NCBI GenBank assembly: GCA_965240325.2
Contig: OZ251224.1
Location: forward strand, 2,790,001-2,854,000
Reading direction: 5' to 3'
Length of the DNA: 64,000 nucleotides
Source: Rebecca billardiae RCC1528
Taxonomy: Eukaryota; Protista; Haptophyta
Shown here: piece by piece, positions 57,742 through 64,000 of the stretch
How positions within the stretch are numbered: the first letter of the stretch is position 1
Layout: every line of letters begins with the position of its first letter
Position numbers and translations under genes: made by a program
Notes under the pieces: model-generated
What the model was told of the DNA's origin: nothing
Databases searched by the model: none
Seen by the model: only the letters and a program-made list of their open reading frames with translations

Positions 57742-60700
57742 TATGGCGGGCCGTAGGTCCGCCCCTTGTAGTGCCCGGGAAAAAGATAAGAAAAAGAAAC
57801 AGGAAAAAGAAAATCGCCTCGCAAAGAAAAGAAAATCGCCTCGCTCACTGCCGGGTCGCTTCGCTCACTACCGGGCGCCCTCGCAGCTCCCACTGGGGAC
57901 GCTCGGCCGAAAACCATCTGGCGCCTGGCGCGGAGCGCGTGGGCGGCGCGCGCCAGATCCAACGCCGGCGCGGACATCGTGAGAGGACTCCCGAGGGGGG
58001 TTTTCGCCCGATTCGCGATTGCTGCCCTCGTCGTCTCGCGTGCAGGTCGAACGGGGGCCAAAGTCGACGCGTTTGGAGGTACGCTCGACGCGTCGACACG
58101 ATCGTGTGACCTGGGGCGGTCCTCGCCCGACTTGCACGTCGAGCGCTCGCACGGACCATAGCATCACGCGCTGCGCACGATGGCCGCCTCGCTCGATTCA
58201 CCGCCGCGCGTCGAGTTCGGTGCGGAAAGGCCCTCATCACGAGGTGTCTCGCGGGCGGGAAGCGCCATCGCACGCGACGCAAAATTTGGCGCGGCCTTCT
58301 GAACACCATAACCGGAATCCACACACCGGACTGTCGCGTGCCCCGCGGTGACAAGGTCGGGCGCATGCAAATCCGTTTGCTACAGCTCAGCAGCTGTACC
58401 AGTTCCCGGCCAACCGCCGAAGGGCCGGCCCTTGTCCCGCCGGCGATCATCTTTCGCGATCGCGGCCAAAGATATCGCTCGGCGCTCGCGGTCCCTCACA
58501 GCCGAAAGCCCACGTCCGGCCTTCAGCATGGCGTCGACGGTGACCAATGCGACGGAGGCGCAGCGCAAAGCGGCGTACGAGGCGCAGCGAACGCAGCTGC
58601 CGTGTCTGTCGCCGTGGCAGGAACCGCGTCTTGGCGAGTCGGCGGCCCTCGTCGCACAGCGCTATGACCGATCCCAGAGGCGCATCCGCCACGAGCTGAA
58701 ACGCAGAGCGTGCAACATTGTCGCCCCATCCTCCACCATGTCACGAGCGCTGCGGGACGAGGCCGACGTCGTGAAGCCAGTGGCACATGCGCTGCGCTTC
58801 CTGTGCCTGCTCGAGCAGCGCGTGCCCACCCTCGATCGCGAGTGGCACACGCTCTCGCACTGCGCGCGCGCGCACCGCCGACAGCTCCTGATACCGCCGA
58901 ACGTGCGGGTGCCGGACCTGTCGCGCGAAGCGGCGAGCGCCGACGAGCGCTTGGACCTGGACGCGTTGTTGCGCAGCGTGGCGGCCGTGCACGACGCCGA
59001 CGCGACCTTCGCCGAGCCCATCGTGCCCGGAGCGGACATCGGCATCCTCGCGACACACGATCTCAGCTGGCGGCAGGAGGAGATGCTGTCGCGTTATTAT
59101 TCGTCAGTGAGTCAGGTAGCTCACCATCATCTGTGTGTCGCATTGTTATTCGTCATCCTGCCCGTCAAACCGCTAAATAAAAGGCGCGAACCCGCTGGGG
59201 AAATATTGCGACAGCACTGGCACGGCCCGCCGACCCCCCCGCCCGCCAGGGCAGAGTTTTTGCCGCGCCAAAACGTATTTATGGCGGGCCGTAGGTCCGC
59301 CCCTTGTAGTGCCCGGGAAAAAGATAAGAAAAAGAAACAGGAAAAAGAAAATCGCCTCGCAAAGAAAAGAAAATCGCCTCGCTCACTGCCGGGTCGCTTC
59401 GCTCACTACCGGGCGCCCTCGCAGCTCCCACTGGGGACGCTCGGCCGAAAACCATCTGGCGCCTGGCGCGGAGCGCGTGGGCGGCGCGCGCCAGATCCAA
59501 CGCCGGCGCGGACATCGTGAGAGGACTCCCGAGGGGGGTTTTCGCCCGATTCGCGATTGCTGCCCTCGTCGTCTCGCGTGCAGGTCGAACGGGGGCCAAA
59601 GTCGACGCGTTTGGAGGTACGCTCGACGCGTCGACACGATCGTGTGACCTGGGGCGGTCCTCGCCCGACTTGCACGTCGAGCGCTCGCACGGACCATAGC
59701 ATCACGCGCTGCGCACGATGGCCGCCTCGCTCGATTCACCGCCGCGCGTCGAGTTCGGTGCGGAAAGGCCCTCATCACGAGGTGTCTCGCGGGCGGGAAG
59801 CGCCATCGCACGCGACGCAAAATTTGGCGCGGCCTTCTGAACACCATAACCGGAATCCACACACCGGACTGTCGCGTGCCCCGCGGTGACAAGGTCGGGC
59901 GCATGCAAATCCGTTTGCTACAGCTCAGCAGCTGTACCAGTTCCCGGCCAACCGCCGAAGGGCCGGCCCTTGTCCCGCCGGCGATCATCTTTCGCGATCG
60001 CGGCCAAAGATATCGCTCGGCGCTCGCGGTCCCTCACAGCCGAAAGCCCACGTCCGGCCTTCAGCATGGCGTCGACGGTGACCAATGCGACGGAGGCGCA
60101 GCGCAAAGCGGCGTACGAGGCGCAGCGAACGCAGCTGCCGTGTCTGTCGCCGTGGCAGGAACCGCGTCTTGGCGAGTCGGCGGCCCTCGTCGCACAGCGC
60201 TATGACCGATCCCAGAGGCGCATCCGCCACGAGCTGAAACGCAGAGCGTGCAACATTGTCGCCCCATCCTCCACCATGTCACGAGCGCTGCGGGACGAGG
60301 CCGACGTCGTGAAGCCAGTGGCACATGCGCTGCGCTTCCTGTGCCTGCTCGAGCAGCGCGTGCCCACCCTCGATCGCGAGTGGCACACGCTCTCGCACTG
60401 CGCGCGCGCGCACCGCCGACAGCTCCTGATACCGCCGAACGTGCGGGTGCCGGACCTGTCGCGCGAAGCGGCGAGCGCCGACGAGCGCTTGGACCTGGAC
60501 GCGTTGTTGCGCAGCGTGGCGGCCGTGCACGACGCCGACGCGACCTTCGCCGAGCCCATCGTGCCCGGAGCGGACATCGGCATCCTCGCGACACACGATC
60601 TCAGCTGGCGGCAGGAGGAGATGCTGTCGCGTTATTATTCGTCAGTGAGTCAGGTAGCTCACCATCATCTGTGTGTCGCATTGTTATTCGTCATCCTGCC

Positions 60701-62337
60701 CGTCAAACCGCTAAATAAAAGGCGCGAACCCGCTGGGGAAATATTGCGACAGCACTGGCACGGCCCGCCGACCCCCCCGCCCGCCAGGGCAGAGTTTTTG
60801 CCGCGCCAAAACGTATTTATGGCGGGCCGTAGGTCCGCCCCTTGTAGTGCCCGGGAAAAAGATAAGAAAAAGAAACAGGAAAAAGAAAATCGCCTCGCAA
60901 AGAAAAGAAAATCGCCTCGCTCACTGCCGGGTCGCTTCGCTCACTACCGGGCGCCCTCGCAGCTCCCACTGGGGACGCTCGGCCGAAAACCATCTGGCGC
61001 CTGGCGCGGAGCGCGTGGGCGGCGCGCGCCAGATCCAACGCCGGCGCGGACATCGTGAGAGGACTCCCGAGGGGGGTTTTCGCCCGATTCGCGATTGCTG
61101 CCCTCGTCGTCTCGCGTGCAGGTCGAACGGGGGCCAAAGTCGACGCGTTTGGAGGTACGCTCGACGCGTCGACACGATCGTGTGACCTGGGGCGGTCCTC
61201 GCCCGACTTGCACGTCGAGCGCTCGCACGGACCATAGCATCACGCGCTGCGCACGATGGCCGCCTCGCTCGATTCACCGCCGCGCGTCGAGTTCGGTGCG
61301 GAAAGGCCCTCATCACGAGGTGTCTCGCGGGCGGGAAGCGCCATCGCACGCGACGCAAAATTTGGCGCGGCCTTCTGAACACCATAACCGGAATCCACAC
61401 ACCGGACTGTCGCGTGCCCCGCGGTGACAAGGTCGGGCGCATGCAAATCCGTTTGCTACAGCTCAGCAGCTGTACCAGTTCCCGGCCAACCGCCGAAGGG
61501 CCGGCCCTTGTCCCGCCGGCGATCATCTTTCGCGATCGCGGCCAAAGATATCGCTCGGCGCTCGCGGTCCCTCACAGCCGAAAGCCCACGTCCGGCCTTC
61601 AGCATGGCGTCGACGGTGACCAATGCGACGGAGGCGCAGCGCAAAGCGGCGTACGAGGCGCAGCGAACGCAGCTGCCGTGTCTGTCGCCGTGGCAGGAAC
61701 CGCGTCTTGGCGAGTCGGCGGCCCTCGTCGCACAGCGCTATGACCGATCCCAGAGGCGCATCCGCCACGAGCTGAAACGCAGAGCGTGCAACATTGTCGC
61801 CCCATCCTCCACCATGTCACGAGCGCTGCGGGACGAGGCCGACGTCGTGAAGCCAGTGGCACATGCGCTGCGCTTCCTGTGCCTGCTCGAGCAGCGCGTG
61901 CCCACCCTCGATCGCGAGTGGCACACGCTCTCGCACTGCGCGCGCGCGCACCGCCGACAGCTCCTGATACCGCCGAACGTGCGGGTGCCGGACCTGTCGC
62001 GCGAAGCGGCGAGCGCCGACGAGCGCTTGGACCTGGACGCGTTGTTGCGCAGCGTGGCGGCCGTGCACGACGCCGACGCGACCTTCGCCGAGCCCATCGT
62101 GCCCGGAGCGGACATCGGCATCCTCGCGACACACGATCTCAGCTGGCGGCAGGAGGAGATGCTGTCGCGTTATTATTCGTCAGTGAGTCAGGTAGCTCAC
62201 CATCATCTGTGTGTCGCATTGTTATTCGTCATCCTGCCCGTCAAACCGCTAAATAAAAGGCGCGAACCCGCTGGGGAAATATTGCGACAGCACTGGCACG
62301 GCCCGCCGACCCCCCCGCCCGCCAGGGCAGAGTTTTT
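57742..62337 (+). mobile_element. Family B: head-to-tail array of three 1520-bp units (period 1538) with asymmetric IR, 3' mini-hairpin and T-run end
   Basis: Units 57742-59261, 59280-60799 and 60818-62337. An 18-bp spacer GCCGCGCCAAAACGTATT occurs only at internal junctions. 5' GGCGGGCCGT pairs with subterminal ACGGCCCGCC (59222-59231); GCCC-GCCA-GGGC is followed by AGAGTTTTT. The repeat is certain; the mobile-element call is inferred. Confidence 0.65.
58528..59110 (+). other. Coding-like segment (MASTVTNATEAQRK...) inside each family B unit; possible captured gene fragment
   Basis: Coding-like composition for ~190 codons, then runs into AT-richer element end with no stop of its own. No recognisable domain. 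Confidence 0.35.
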
Positions 62338-62760
62338 ATAATTATAATAAACTAAAACGGTCCGCGCGCGCGCCTGGCCCTGGCCCCTGTGGCCTGTGCC
62401 CTGATGGCTGATGTGACTGATGTCCGGTCGTAGCACTCGTAGTGTCAGGCATCAGTAAGCAGGCTATATAGCACTTAGCACGGCGGCAGCACAACCGACG
62501 ATGCACAATAATGGTCCGCCGCCTGCTCTCTGATCATCAGACATCAGATCAGGGGAGACCGAGGTCCGAGGGAATAATAATCTGCTGGCCAGATGCAACC
62601 TGAACTCTGAAGGGCCCATCATCACGCAGAGTGCGGGCGCCTCGGCGACATGGGCATGGCACACGACGGTGACCCTCGATCGATCGCGCAGGGCTTGTGC
62701 GCCATCGGCCGAGCGCCGCCACGGTCAGCCCCGGGTCAGCGGTGCGGAGCAGCCGTCCGA

Positions 62761-63999
62761 TCAGGCCGGACGCTGGGTCGAGGAGCCCGCGCTCGGAGGG
62801 AAGCGCTCGAGCAGCAGGATGAGGCGCGCGTCGATGCGCTCGAGCCGGTCCAGCAGCGCGGTCTCGAAGGGCGTCATCTGCGGCTGCGTCGGCGCGGTGG
62901 CGTGGTCGGGCTTGGCCACGGCGCCCGCAGCGGGCGTGACGAGGCTACCAGGGTGCCGGGGATGGCGTCCGTTGGCTTCAGAGGGCGAGGGCTGCTGCGC
63001 ATGGCTCGGCCGCTTGGGCGTCCACGGCCCACTCGTCCGCTCCCCGCGCGGCGAGGCGCCATGGTGGCGCGCGGCCGCGGGCTGGGCGGAGCCCCGCTGC
63101 GGGCTGCGCGCCGGAGCGCGCGCCCCGCCCGCCGGGGCCGCCGACGCCGTGCGAGCGGCTTCGGAGCCCTGCGTGGCGGCCGCCGCGCGCTGGCCGCCGG
63201 CGGGCGGAGTAGATTGCGGCTGCTGCGCATGCTTGGCGGAGTGGGAGGAGCGACGGCGCCTCTTCTGCTCCGTCGCAGCTGGCGTGCCCGTCGTGGCGGC
63301 CGCCGGCTGCGGCGTCGCCGCCGCCGGCTGCGGCGTCGCCGCCCCCGCCCCCGCTGCGGGCTGCGACGAGGTCACGCCGTCCGCCGTCCGCCGCGGCATC
63401 ACCGGCGCCGGCGTGGCAGTCGTCGAGGCAGCGGCAGGTGTGCACGTCGGCGTGGCAGCCGGAGCAGCGCGCGCGGCGCTCGCTGGCGCGGGCCCGACGG
63501 CAGCGGTTCCCGCCGCCGCGGCTCCGACGCCCGCCTGAGCGGCGGTCGCCGCGGCTCCGGCACATGATGTGCCCTCCGCCACTGCGGCGGTGGCGGCGGC
63601 AGATGGCTGCTTGGCCTCGTGCGCGGTCGAGTTCCTCTTCTGCCGCTTGCGCTTCTTGGTCGACGCCGTGTCCTTGTCGTTACCCGCGGTGGCCACTGCC
63701 GTCACAGGCGCCGCCGCCGCCGCAGCGTTGTGCTCAGCCTTCGGCGGGCTGGGTGCTTCAGGCGGCGTCGAGATCGCATGCGGCTCGCCCGCCTTAGCGG
63801 CTGTCGGCGCTGGCGCGGCGGCATCCGGCGCGGGAGTCTGCCCCTGCGGCACGGCAGGCCGCGACTGCTCCGGCGCCAGCTGCGCGGCCTCGTTCGCCGC
63901 CTGGTCCTTGGCCGCCTTCCGCAGCTTCTTTTCATGCTTGCGCTTGCTCTCGCCGGCAGCGGTGCCGTCGTGGTCGAGCTTCGGCTTCTTCGCGGCTGG
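62761..63999 (-). CDS. 3' part of a low-complexity Ala/Pro/Thr-rich protein with basic NLS-like clusters (5' end outside window)
   Basis: Frame stays open to the window edge (PAAKKPKLD...KKRKRQKR); short C-terminal helix FETALLDRLERIDARLILLLERF. Confidence 0.6.
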   Translation of the reverse strand, partial: PAAKKPKLDHDGTAAGESKRKHEKKLRKAAKDQAANEAAQLAPEQSRPAVPQGQTPAPDAAAPAPTAAKAGEPHAISTPPEAPSPPKAEHNAAAAAAPVTAVATAGNDKDTASTKKRKRQKRNSTAHEAKQPSAAATAAVAEGTSCAGAAATAAQAGVGAAAAGTAAVGPAPASAARAAPAATPTCTPAAASTTATPAPVMPRRTADGVTSSQPAAGAGAATPQPAAATPQPAAATTGTPAATEQKRRRRSSHSAKHAQQPQSTPPAGGQRAAAATQGSEAARTASAAPAGGARAPARSPQRGSAQPAAARHHGASPRGERTSGPWTPKRPSHAQQPSPSEANGRHPRHPGSLVTPAAGAVAKPDHATAPTQPQMTPFETALLDRLERIDARLILLLERFPPSAGSSTQRPA

Positions 64000-64000
64000 G

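Overview
Very GC-rich eukaryotic nuclear DNA with short spliceosomal introns (GT-AG plus one probable GC-AG). The style suggests a haptophyte alga, possibly Pavlovales; this is inference only. The window is dominated by one 6-exon minus-strand gene (26724-3606, about 7,360 aa). It encodes a signal peptide, 7 RCC1-like repeats, a ~10.5-kb Ser-Pro-Pro-Pro extensin-like stalk, IPT and REJ-like regions, a GPS motif and polycystin-1-like TM segments. Other genes: a partial amidohydrolase, Mpv17/PMP22, a SET-domain protein, an ER-type FKBP, a bacterial-type NAD-dependent formate dehydrogenase, an RRL-containing membrane protein, a GRAB-domain golgin, RTF1 and a partial low-complexity gene. Most are arranged as head-to-head pairs. 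The spacers between pairs carry non-autonomous mobile DNA: a 1.3-kb TIR element with a CTAT target duplication; a nested pair of long-TIR foldback elements; three ~2-kb copies of a family with asymmetric inverted repeats and a terminal hairpin (Helentron/Helitron2-like design); and a 3x head-to-tail array of a second family with the same design. There is also a near-identical 4 x 2184-bp gene amplification and a recurring 12-mer (TTAACGACGTGG) embedded in TA microsatellites. No transposase, rRNA, tRNA or CRISPR was seen. All family calls come from motif recognition by eye; no searches were run.
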